Position numbers and translations under genes: made by a program
Part shown: one piece after another, positions 55,191-64,000 of the stretch
Layout of the letters: every line of letters starts with the position of its first letter
Position numbering within the stretch: position 1 is the stretch's first letter
NCBI GenBank assembly: GCA_965656495.1
Contig: CBFHKU010000002.1
Location: forward strand, 64,001-128,000
Reading direction: 5' to 3'
Origin: Coraliomargaritaceae bacterium
GTDB lineage: Bacteria; Verrucomicrobiota; Verrucomicrobiia; Opitutales; Coraliomargaritaceae
Length of the DNA: 64,000 nucleotides
Notes under the pieces: model-generated
What the model was told of the DNA's origin: nothing
Databases searched by the model: none
Seen by the model: only the letters and a program-made list of their open reading frames with translations

Positions 55191-56060
55191 ATGCTCTTAA
55201 CAGGATTTACCGACGAAGCCGGACAAAGCCTTGAAACACAAATCAAGGCCACCCAAGCACTCGGTTGGAAGCATCTCTCCGCCCGCAGCATCGACGGCCA
55301 AAATATCCACGATCTGTCAGAAGACGATTTCAACCGAGTCGCCGATCAACTAGACCAAGCAGGCATTCAAGTCATCGAGTTCGGCTCACTCATTGGAAGT
55401 TGGTCGAAACCGATTGAGTCTGACTTTTCAATCACGCTCGGCGAGATCGAACGCGCTATCCCCCGCATGCAACGCTTGGGCACACAAATCGTTCGCATTA
55501 TGTCTTACGCTCAAAAACCTTGGGGCGAAGACCAGCAAGAAGCCGAACGTTTTCGTCGCCTACGCGAAATCGTGGAACGTTTTACTGACGCCGGCCTACA
55601 GGCGGCACATGAGAATTGCATGAATTGGGGCGGCTTCTCAGCACAACACAGCCTGCGACTCGTCGAGGAAGTGCCGGGGCTGAAGTTGATCTTCGACACT
55701 GGCAACCCCGTCTTCCAACGCGACCGCTCAAAGCCCGAGCCCTACCCGTGGCAGGATGCACTCGAATTTTATCAAGCGGTCAAAGAACACGTGATCCATG
55801 TCCACATTAAGGACTGCCTCCACCCTCCCCAAGGTAGCGAGGAGCCCGAGCGTTACACCCTCCCAGGAGAAGGTCAGTGCCGTCTCACAGATATTCGGAG
55901 CGCATTGAGTGTCGACGGCTACGACGGTGCCTACGCCATCGAGCCACACGTCGCGACTGTTTTTCACGCCAAAGAAGGCGAAGCGGTAGACCCGGAACAG
56001 TGCTACCAGAGTTATATCGAATACGGTCGCGCCTTCGAAGAACTACTCGTTACACCTTAA
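55191..56060 (+). CDS. Sugar phosphate isomerase/epimerase (xylose-isomerase-like TIM barrel)
   Basis: GFTDE, HEN, FDTGN, HVHIKD, GEG, IEPH metal-binding pattern. Confidence 0.88.
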   Translation: MLLTGFTDEAGQSLETQIKATQALGWKHLSARSIDGQNIHDLSEDDFNRVADQLDQAGIQVIEFGSLIGSWSKPIESDFSITLGEIERAIPRMQRLGTQIVRIMSYAQKPWGEDQQEAERFRRLREIVERFTDAGLQAAHENCMNWGGFSAQHSLRLVEEVPGLKLIFDTGNPVFQRDRSKPEPYPWQDALEFYQAVKEHVIHVHIKDCLHPPQGSEEPERYTLPGEGQCRLTDIRSALSVDGYDGAYAIEPHVATVFHAKEGEAVDPEQCYQSYIEYGRAFEELLVTP

Positions 56061-56308
56061 AAGAGTAATTAGGAGCGGTGTATCCGTTACTTTCGAACGT
56101 GACCCAATCGCCGCATTGGCGACCTAAAAAACGCGCACAAAGCCTTAATCGATAAAAATAAATCTGCTCCGCTTTAATTTTAACTCATCCGGACTGCTTC
56201 ACATCCGCCCTTAATCTGGCTTTGCTTATCGGCACATCCCCCAACTTCTGAATTCAGGTTTATTCAAGGTCTTAGGCGATAAAGAGAATCAGCGTCTGGT
56301 AGGTTCGA

Positions 56309-56347
56309 TTGGCGTAAAGCGTCACTGTTTTGGCGTAAAATACCAAG
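56309..56347 (+). promoter_or_regulatory. Conserved upstream motif, copy 1
   Basis: TTGGCG-N15-TTGGCG-TAAAAT-ACCAAG. Confidence 0.65.
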
Positions 56348-56430
56348 CCTTTCGTTTCATAAAATTATACCATTGCAGTATTATTTAGAGACGATCCTGC
56401 AAATGCAGACTCCCAACCCCTTTACCGGCC

Positions 56431-59400
56431 ATGCAAACGAACCCCTCCACCTCTACGTTTCTTCACAAGCCTTTTACCCTCATTGTAGTTGGGTCGCTAT
56501 TACTCGCGTCCATTGCGCAAGCACAAACCACGCTGGACTGGACTGGTCGCATCAGAGGTACTGACTCGGGTCCATGGTCCATTGGAATACAAAATACCGC
56601 CGGCACTCCCTCCTATGGCACTATCAGCGGAGGCGACATTCCGGGGTTGACTGGGTCCTTCAGCGAAACAGACGACGTTTCATTAACCCTCACCCTTCAG
56701 GGGCTCACCAATTTCAATCCAACTGATTTTACCAGCGGAACCTCGATACAAATTAATGGCAATAATAGTGGAGCTTCAATTGGTAGCAACGAGGGCATTC
56801 TGTTCACGCTGGATCTTTCAAATCTGGATGCGGACCAGGGGCTCGAGATCTCGGCATTCACCTCTAATGACAGCAGCTCCCTGACGATTTATTTTAACCA
56901 GGAGCGTATTAGCAACGCCGAGCAATTCAGTGGCCTCACCGCCATCGATGGCGATCAAATCGCCTTTGTCGCGGAAGCTGGCAGCGCACGCCTGCAAACC
57001 CTCACACTCGACATTGTTCCCTATACCCCACCAGTCCCCATCGAGCCGATTCAGACCTTGAACGCAAGCATCACGGACAGCATCACGGGATCAGACCCCG
57101 TCTCCAGTTGGGCAGACCAATCGGGCAACGGTAACAATGCGCTACCAGAGATCGGCAGCGTGGCTTACCCTAGCACTTCACTTTTTGCAAACGACAAACC
57201 CGGTATCGATTTCGGAAGTGGGCGCAATAGTATTGAGCTCTTCTCTGCCTCGGAGTCGGACGCTTGGCTCAATCAGTCGAGCGATTCGAACGGCTTTGCC
57301 ATCCTGGTCTCGTTCAAATGCGAAGAAATCGTAACGGGAGTCTTTAATGACCTCCTGGGTAATTCAACCGACGGCACTACAGGCCTGCAACTCGGCTACA
57401 CTGCAGGCGGACAGATTCAAGTAATCCTGGACGGAACCACTCTATCGGCCGACTCCTCTGCCAACATTCAAGCAGGCGGGAATGCTGTCGTAGCGGTCAA
57501 CTACGATGCCGCCACGAATACCCTCTCCCTCTGGAACTCCATTACCGGTGACTTGAAAAACGCAACTGTAAACGCAGCCGATTTTTCAACGAGTCAGCCC
57601 GTTACCGCCGGGAGTATCAATGCCCCTAGCCAATATATCAACGGGCTTATCGGAGCCATTCAAGTGTTTGATCAATCGCTCGACGAGGAGCTATTCGCGG
57701 ATAAACGCATCGCCTTCACGAGCGACTGGATTCACCGCCCCAACATTATTCTAATCTTTGTCGACGACATGCCCTGGTATGACACTCCGGTTGCCATGGA
57801 TGAGCGCATGCCGAACTCCTATCGTGCCGCCCTGCGTCGCCTCGAAATTGATGGTGTGCCCTACGAGTGGAACATCACGCGTCTCGCTGAGGAGGGCATG
57901 ACTTTCATGAATGGCTACGCGAGTGCACCTCAATGCACCCCAACTCGCGCATCCCTACAAACGGGCCAAACGACCGCCCGCAATAAAGTCGGGGTCAACG
58001 GTGCAAACTGGGGTGAATATAGAGAAACCATTAAAGTAGACGGTGTAGAAGTCCCCAACCCGTTTCCAGTCAAAGAGAATGGCATAGACTTTCCGCTGAA
58101 GGTGCCCATGATTCCTCAAGTCTTGGCACCATTGGGATACAAATGTGCGCATTATGGTAAATGGCATATCGAGCCCGCTCCAGATGTAGCTGGCTATGTC
58201 GCCAGTGATGGTAACACCAATAATGGCGAGGGCACCCCTGACGATCCTAACAATCCGAAGCAAATCACGCTGATAACCGATGATGCGATCAAATTCATTA
58301 CAAAGTGGCACGACGCCAAACACCCCTTCTATATACAACTTTCACACTATGCAGTCCACCGCGAATTCCAGTCGCTGGATACCTCTAAAGCGCTCTTCAT
58401 AAACGACGAAGCGGTCAACAGCAATCAGACAGACGCCACCTACTTAGGAATGGTCTACGACCTGGACCAAGCCTTGGGGCGATTGATGGCGCATCTTGAA
58501 TTGCTGGGAATTTATGACAATACCTACATCATTTTCACCGCTGATAATGGGGACCGTGCGAACGTATCATTCGATGAAATGAAGGAGCCCTTCTATGGAG
58601 ACAAATGGATGCTTTGGCAGCTTGGGATTCGTGTCCCACTCATTATCAGTGGCCCTGGTGTAGTCCAGGGTAGCCGGACTCCATTCAACGCGGTCACTTA
58701 CGATTTCCTTCCGACCTATTTCGAATGGGCCGGCGGCGATCCCAGCACGCTAGAAAATATCGACGGCATCAGCTTAAAAGGACTGCTCGAAGGCGAGAGC
58801 CAATCCGAGGAAAGAGTCAACCGCTCCCTCTACTTCCACTACCCACACTACCGAAACTCGATGCCCATGTCCGCCGTGGTCCAGGGCAAGTGGAAGCTAC
58901 TACGCGCCTGGGATGGAGAAATACGCATCGACGATCATCAGATCAGTGATCGTGACATGCTCTTTGATCTCTCAGTCGACCCCGGCGAATTTCACAACCT
59001 GAACAGCAATGATTCATCGCAAGAATTGAAGGATAAGGCGATCGAACTCGCCAATGATTTGGATATATACCTTGGGGGTGTCGAAGCCTGGACCCCTTTG
59101 GATAATTCAAACGCCTATAATGCGGACGGCGGTGCGACCTTCGACGCTTTAAAGCATGAATCAAACAACGAGTATTCGCTTTTTGAAGGCACACGTGGGT
59201 CTAATTCCGCACTCAAAGACCTCGACAAGTCCCCGATGCAGCACTGGTTCGACAACTGGGTTGTCGATATTGGCGACGCATCAAATGACTTTGAAGGCGA
59301 CGGCTTAACCAACCTCATGGAATATATCCTAGGAACCGACCCCACCGTAGCCGATGCCGAAAACAGTAGTGCGCTCCCAAGGATGGTCAAAAGCGACGAG

Positions 59401-59598
59401 GGAATCGAATTCCAATTCACCACTCGCTACAATCCCGGTGCAGTCTCCGCTAAAGCCCAGCATAAGCAGACGCTTGCCGACGACTGGGAGGACATTACCG
59501 CAACAACCATAGACTTGGGAGCGCTGTTGCAGACAGAGAGCGTTCCGGCACCAACCGGAGACTCCGGTTTCTTTCGCATCAAGATCACAACTCCGTAG
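56431..59598 (+). CDS. Multidomain secreted Cys-type sulfatase
   Basis: Signal peptide, about 400 aa of beta-rich N-terminal modules (SWADQSGNGN, LamG-like), RPNIILIFVDD, CTPTR, GKWH, C-terminal EGDGLTNLMEYILGTDP...GFFRI. Confidence 0.9.
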   Translation: MQTNPSTSTFLHKPFTLIVVGSLLLASIAQAQTTLDWTGRIRGTDSGPWSIGIQNTAGTPSYGTISGGDIPGLTGSFSETDDVSLTLTLQGLTNFNPTDFTSGTSIQINGNNSGASIGSNEGILFTLDLSNLDADQGLEISAFTSNDSSSLTIYFNQERISNAEQFSGLTAIDGDQIAFVAEAGSARLQTLTLDIVPYTPPVPIEPIQTLNASITDSITGSDPVSSWADQSGNGNNALPEIGSVAYPSTSLFANDKPGIDFGSGRNSIELFSASESDAWLNQSSDSNGFAILVSFKCEEIVTGVFNDLLGNSTDGTTGLQLGYTAGGQIQVILDGTTLSADSSANIQAGGNAVVAVNYDAATNTLSLWNSITGDLKNATVNAADFSTSQPVTAGSINAPSQYINGLIGAIQVFDQSLDEELFADKRIAFTSDWIHRPNIILIFVDDMPWYDTPVAMDERMPNSYRAALRRLEIDGVPYEWNITRLAEEGMTFMNGYASAPQCTPTRASLQTGQTTARNKVGVNGANWGEYRETIKVDGVEVPNPFPVKENGIDFPLKVPMIPQVLAPLGYKCAHYGKWHIEPAPDVAGYVASDGNTNNGEGTPDDPNNPKQITLITDDAIKFITKWHDAKHPFYIQLSHYAVHREFQSLDTSKALFINDEAVNSNQTDATYLGMVYDLDQALGRLMAHLELLGIYDNTYIIFTADNGDRANVSFDEMKEPFYGDKWMLWQLGIRVPLIISGPGVVQGSRTPFNAVTYDFLPTYFEWAGGDPSTLENIDGISLKGLLEGESQSEERVNRSLYFHYPHYRNSMPMSAVVQGKWKLLRAWDGEIRIDDHQISDRDMLFDLSVDPGEFHNLNSNDSSQELKDKAIELANDLDIYLGGVEAWTPLDNSNAYNADGGATFDALKHESNNEYSLFEGTRGSNSALKDLDKSPMQHWFDNWVVDIGDASNDFEGDGLTNLMEYILGTDPTVADAENSSALPRMVKSDEGIEFQFTTRYNPGAVSAKAQHKQTLADDWEDITATTIDLGALLQTESVPAPTGDSGFFRIKITTP

Positions 59599-59720
59599 GT
59601 CAAACAGTTACCGCTGAAATTACTGGTTTGTTTTGGCGTCGCCAGACACTTGCATCCGCAAGGTCTATCCTTTTCTTAAAAATAACCAATGCTTACCAAC
59701 TCATTCACCCAGAATCCGAG

Positions 59721-59759
59721 TTGGCGGATTTCGCATTCCTTTTGGCGTATAAAACCAAG
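59721..59759 (+). promoter_or_regulatory. Conserved upstream motif, copy 2
   Basis: TTGGCG-N15-TTGGCG-TATAAA-ACCAAG. Confidence 0.65.
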
Positions 59760-59902
59760 TAAATCACACTGCTATATGGGATGATAGCTAATTCATAAAA
59801 GCCACCACCCCAAGCCACGCTATTCATCAAAGACGAAGAAGCATTTTTTACTCAAGCTCCAGCGGCGCGGCAACTTCTCACGCAATTTTTAAATCTCACA
59901 CT

Positions 59903-61573
59903 ATGTACATGAATTCCTGCCTCAAATCCACCTGCGGTAATCTGCGGATCATACTCTTAATAGTTGTCACATTCGCCCTATCCATTGCTGGCCTGAGCAA
60001 ACTCGCTGCTAGTGCGACCAAGCAGCCTAACATCATCTTCTTCCTGGTCGATGACTATGATAAGCCCGAAACCAGTCCTTACGGCGGCAATGTGCTCACC
60101 CCAAACCTCGACCGCCTCGCACGCGAGGGCATGCTTTTTAATAATGCCTACGTAACCAGCACTGTGTGCACCCCGTCCCGTTACACGATGCTAACCGGGC
60201 GCTATGCCGGGTCATCGCATTCGAATAAATTCCTCAGCGAATTTCCCTTGGGCACTCAGTCCCTCCCCGCTTTCAATGTCGCCCTCGAAGACGACAATAT
60301 GAACGTCGGCGCGGTCTTAGCAAAGAACGGCTATGCCACTGGCTTTGTCGGAAAATACCACGTTGGCCCCGAACATGATGAGGCCTACGACAAAAAGCAT
60401 GGCATTCACCCAATGCCAAAGAATACCGAATACACCGACGAGCTCAACCAGCACAAATTCAACAACGAAAAGATCTACCGCGAACTAGTCAAAGAGCGCG
60501 GCTTCACCTGGGCGAAAAACATCTACTGGGGCAACATGAAGGCTCCCTTCAAAGGCCACAACCCGGAATGGACCACCGCAGCCGCAGTCGAATTTATCGA
60601 AGAACACAAGAACCAGCCATTCTACCTGCACGTATGTTCGACGCTCCTCCACGGCCCCAACAAAGAATGGCACAATTCATTGACCACGAGAGAACGCATG
60701 AGTGGCGAAGGCATACTGGAACAACCAATCAACAGCCAGCCCTCACGTGAATCCGTCCTCAAACGCGTCAAGGAAGCCGGATTGACTGAAGAAGAAGTCG
60801 GCTACACCTGGATGGACGACAGCGTCGGCGTCCTCCTCAACAAGCTCGATGAACTCGGCATCGCCGACAACACCATCTTCATTTTTGTATCCGACCACGG
60901 CTCCAGTAACAAAGGCTCGGTCTTCCGCACCCGCGCTATGGAAGTCCCCTGCATCATACGCTGGCCAAACGGTATCAAGGCTGGCACCGTCACAGATGAA
61001 CTCATGCAAAGCACCGACTTTGTCCCCACTTGGTTTGATGTGACCGACGCAAAGGTTCCCACAAACTACCCGATGGACGGAACAAGCTTTTCCTCCCTGT
61101 TCAAAACGCCCCACAAGCCCTATCGCGACTATGTTTACGGCGAAATGGGAAGTGCCCGCTCCATCAAGACCAAAGAATGGGGACTCATCACACTCCGCTA
61201 CCCTGCAGAAATTGTCGCCCTCGATGGACGCAAAATCAAACAACTAGGAGGTCTCAGCGGGGGTATTTCACGCGCCGGAAATACACATAAGCACGCTTTC
61301 GAAGCTGACCAACTCTACAACTTCGCGCAGGATCCGGCAGAGCAGAATAACCTGGCATACAATCCAGAATACGCCACTCAGCTCAAGACTATGAAAGAGC
61401 TGCTAACCCTCACCTTAAAGCAGTTCCCCGATCGCCCCTATGGTGAATTGGTCCCTGGTGGCAACGCCCGTGGAGCCGAAGCAAGCGAACCCATCCTCCA
61501 GAGCCTGAAAGAATCTTACACGGGGGAATCCAAGGGTAAAAAAGGAAAAAAAGAGAAAAAGAAAAAGAAATAG
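59903..61573 (+). CDS. Secreted Cys-type sulfatase
   Basis: QPNIIFFLVDD, TPNLDRLAREG, CTPSR, GKYH, SDHG; Lys-rich tail. Confidence 0.93.
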   Translation: MYMNSCLKSTCGNLRIILLIVVTFALSIAGLSKLAASATKQPNIIFFLVDDYDKPETSPYGGNVLTPNLDRLAREGMLFNNAYVTSTVCTPSRYTMLTGRYAGSSHSNKFLSEFPLGTQSLPAFNVALEDDNMNVGAVLAKNGYATGFVGKYHVGPEHDEAYDKKHGIHPMPKNTEYTDELNQHKFNNEKIYRELVKERGFTWAKNIYWGNMKAPFKGHNPEWTTAAAVEFIEEHKNQPFYLHVCSTLLHGPNKEWHNSLTTRERMSGEGILEQPINSQPSRESVLKRVKEAGLTEEEVGYTWMDDSVGVLLNKLDELGIADNTIFIFVSDHGSSNKGSVFRTRAMEVPCIIRWPNGIKAGTVTDELMQSTDFVPTWFDVTDAKVPTNYPMDGTSFSSLFKTPHKPYRDYVYGEMGSARSIKTKEWGLITLRYPAEIVALDGRKIKQLGGLSGGISRAGNTHKHAFEADQLYNFAQDPAEQNNLAYNPEYATQLKTMKELLTLTLKQFPDRPYGELVPGGNARGAEASEPILQSLKESYTGESKGKKGKKEKKKKK

Positions 61574-61954
61574 AGCGGAGGCTATCATTTGAGGCAGCCA
61601 AGATAATGACTGATGCAACAGTCCATTACCGCGCGAAATCGACGCAGCACATTACGCTCACTCAGCTCTACTGAATTCGCCTTGCCATTCGATCAGGCAA
61701 AACTGTTGCACGGGATTTTAGCCCACCTTGACCCCTGAGTCATGCAAAACAAATGCTACTGCCGCTAAAGCACGTAGCTCCTACTGAGCTCCGCCACCGA
61801 TCCCATAAATACGGCTTACGTTTAACCTGAGCCAAAAAGCACCTCCGAGAGCGCCAGATTGTGCCGGCAATCCGTCTCTAAAACCTCCGCCAAACCCAAA
61901 TTTCGCTCTATTCCGGAAGCTTCCACTCGATATGACAATGAACCCTCTGTTTCG

Positions 61955-61994
61955 TTGGCGGAATTCGCATCTTTTTTTGGCGCAAAAAACCAAG
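61955..61994 (+). promoter_or_regulatory. Conserved upstream motif, copy 3
   Basis: TTGGCG-N16-TTGGCG-CAAAAA-ACCAAG. Confidence 0.65.
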
Positions 61995-62223
61995 TCAATA
62001 AGGTTGATATATGAGATTATAAAACTCTTTCATTCATACTCCAAGTGCATCCTTAAGTCATTTGGGTGACGGACAAAAGTCCCATACCAAATCACGATAT
62101 TTAAACCTATCGGGCACCGTTACGAGAACATCGCCAAACTCCACCATAAGCACTCCGACCGTCATCGAAATTCAACCTTACCTAAGCCCGGATAGATCAA
62201 AGTCCTTTTTTGAGAAAACAGTA

Positions 62224-63651
62224 ATGATCCCCGCCCACATCAAACGATTCCTTCTCGCATCTGCAGTTATTGCCCAGCTTTTCACCCCGAGTTTTGCCGA
62301 TCCTAATAAGGACAAACTCAATGTCATCCTGATCGTTGTTGATGATCTTCGAACCGAACTGAACTGTTACGGCGTCGATACAGTGCATTCGCCCAACATC
62401 GATCGTTTGGCTCGGAAAGGCATGCGCTTTGAACATGCCTATGCGCAATATCCGGTATGCAACCCAAGCCGTGCATCCTTTTTGTCTGGCTTGCGACCCG
62501 ATGAAGTCGGCATCACCTCAAACACCACTCCCCTACGCCGGATTCAACCCGACCTCGTCACGCTGCCACAACTCTTTCGCGAAAACGGCTATTACACTGC
62601 CGGGCTTGGAAAAATCTACCACCTTAGCCTTGATGAGACCAATGAGCGTGGAAAAAAAATCCTATTCCAAGATCCGCTGTCATGGGACTACTTTTTTGAT
62701 GCGCTCGGAAAAACGACCCCCGTAGGCAAGAAAGGTGAAGGTCGCAACCTGACGGATGGCAAAGTACCATGGGCACACTGGAGAGCAACTGAAGGCGGTG
62801 ATGAAGACCAGCCCGATGGACAAATCGCAGCAGAGGCAATTCGCGTCCTAGAGAAGTACCATGATGCGCCCTTCTTCATCGGCTACGGAATCCACAAGCC
62901 ACACGACCCCTTTATCGCCCCCAACACTTACTTCGAGCTTTACCCGGAGGGCAGCACTCCGCTGGCGGATCAACCCAAAGACCGCATCAAACCACCCAAA
63001 CTCGCAGTGCCAAACGCTCGAGACTTTGCCAATTTCACAGACCGGGAGCGAAGTGAATTCAAACGCGCCTATCATGCATGTGTTAGCTTTGCAGATGCAC
63101 AAGTTGGTAAACTTTTCGAAACAATGGATCGTCTGGAGCTCTGGGATAACACCATTGTCATCCTAATGGGAGATCATGGTTACCACCTCGGCGAGCATGA
63201 CTGGTGGAACAAGGTGACACTTTTTGAGAACGGCGCTCGCTCCCCCATGATCATTTGGATTCCGGAAGCTGCCGGCATGGGCAGATCGACTGATTCGATT
63301 ATGGAATTCGTCGATCTCTACCCGACTCTCACCGATTATACAGGCCTCAAAGCACCTCATAAACTATCAGGTATCAGCCTGAGACCCGTTCTTGAGGATC
63401 CAAGCGCCCAAACAAAAGTAGCAGCGTACACACAAGTTAATCGTGGTGACCGCGTCGGACGCACAGTCCGCACTGCTCGTTGGCGCTACACCGAGTGGGG
63501 CAAAGATGGAAAATATGGCATCGAGTTATACGACCACAATAAAGACAGCGGAGAATACTACAACTTGGCAGAAAATCCCGAACATGCCCGCCTTCTTAGC
63601 CAAATGAAAAAAGGCCTGGAGCAAGGATTTGGCCCGTACAATGGAGAATAA
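62224..63651 (+). CDS. Secreted Cys-type sulfatase, iduronate-2-sulfatase-like
   Basis: Likely start MIPAHIK; NVILIVVDDLR, CNPSR, GKIYH, KPHDPF, GDHGYHLGEH. Confidence 0.92.
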   Translation: MIPAHIKRFLLASAVIAQLFTPSFADPNKDKLNVILIVVDDLRTELNCYGVDTVHSPNIDRLARKGMRFEHAYAQYPVCNPSRASFLSGLRPDEVGITSNTTPLRRIQPDLVTLPQLFRENGYYTAGLGKIYHLSLDETNERGKKILFQDPLSWDYFFDALGKTTPVGKKGEGRNLTDGKVPWAHWRATEGGDEDQPDGQIAAEAIRVLEKYHDAPFFIGYGIHKPHDPFIAPNTYFELYPEGSTPLADQPKDRIKPPKLAVPNARDFANFTDRERSEFKRAYHACVSFADAQVGKLFETMDRLELWDNTIVILMGDHGYHLGEHDWWNKVTLFENGARSPMIIWIPEAAGMGRSTDSIMEFVDLYPTLTDYTGLKAPHKLSGISLRPVLEDPSAQTKVAAYTQVNRGDRVGRTVRTARWRYTEWGKDGKYGIELYDHNKDSGEYYNLAENPEHARLLSQMKKGLEQGFGPYNGE

Positions 63652-63801
63652 TAGCATATATCATGTTGCGTTCCATCAAGTTCCATGCGAGCCATCAAAA
63701 AACAAAAAAAAGACCCTAATTTTCAAATTATGAAACCAATTATATCTTCCTGAAATAAACCCCATTCACTCCCTCCGAGTAAAACCAATCCCCATTGAGA
63801 G

Positions 63802-63999
63802 ATGCAAAAAGTAAGCCACCCCGGAACTCGTGCAAATCCCGCGAGAAAAGGCTTCGCACTCGTCCTGAGCCTTTCGCTTATGAGTTTCATACTTCTGATG
63901 CTCCTAGCCTTCACGACGCTGACACGCGTAGAAACGGATTCCTCGAAGACCGCGCTCAATCAATTACACGCGCAACAACAGGCAATATTGGGCTTACAG
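63802..63999 (+). CDS. PilX/GspK-like (pseudo)pilin N-terminus, truncated by the window end (absent from the ORF track)
   Basis: Manual translation MQKVSHPGTRANPARKGFALVLSLSLMSFILLMLLAFTTLTRVE...AQQQAILGLQ: basic leader, G|F prepilin-type site, hydrophobic helix without Glu5. Confidence 0.75.
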   Translation, partial: MQKVSHPGTRANPARKGFALVLSLSLMSFILLMLLAFTTLTRVETDSSKTALNQLHAQQQAILGLQ

Positions 64000-64000
64000 C

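Noticed and set aside
59721..59737. Sigma54 promoter at TTGGCGGATTTCGCA
   Set aside because: GG-to-GC spacing is 8 nt, not the required 10.

Overview
Bacterial chromosomal window, most likely from a verrucomicrobium of the Opitutae/Coraliomargarita type (inferred from the PEP-CTERM proteins, exosortase, TIGR02597-like proteins, multiple sulfatases, DUF1080 and a PilX-like N-terminus). In order: (1) 1-4.7 kb, start of a polysaccharide-export locus (Wzc-like co-polymerase with a Gly/Tyr-rich N-terminus, short non-lipoprotein OPX, outer-membrane beta-barrel) and a divergent TPR protein; (2) 4.7-25.3 kb, housekeeping genes (CNNM, hisC, RmlD-like SDR, LplA-like, dnaE followed by an exosortase, obg, ppx, the nusA-infB-rbfA-nrnA-truB-ribF-rluD run, queCDE); (3) 25.3-34.3 kb, an accessory surface region with three GTRG-REP clusters, an FKBP PPIase, two tandem [TIGR02597-like + PEP-CTERM] cassettes, a LolA-like protein, an orphan GspF/PilC and a third PEP-CTERM-like protein; (4) 34.5-43.5 kb, a rhamnose-type catabolic cluster with two AraC regulators, interrupted by an AAA ATPase gene flanked by 102-bp direct repeats; (5) 43.6-56.1 kb, Fic-MerR fusion, FAD oxidoreductase, CstA and a ROK-regulated Gfo/Idh/MocA-DUF1080-TIM-barrel operon; (6) 56.4-64 kb, three sulfatase genes sharing a conserved upstream motif, then a truncated pilin-like gene. 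No rRNA, tRNA, CRISPR-cas, integrase or transposase was recognised. All calls come from reading motifs by eye; no database searches were run.
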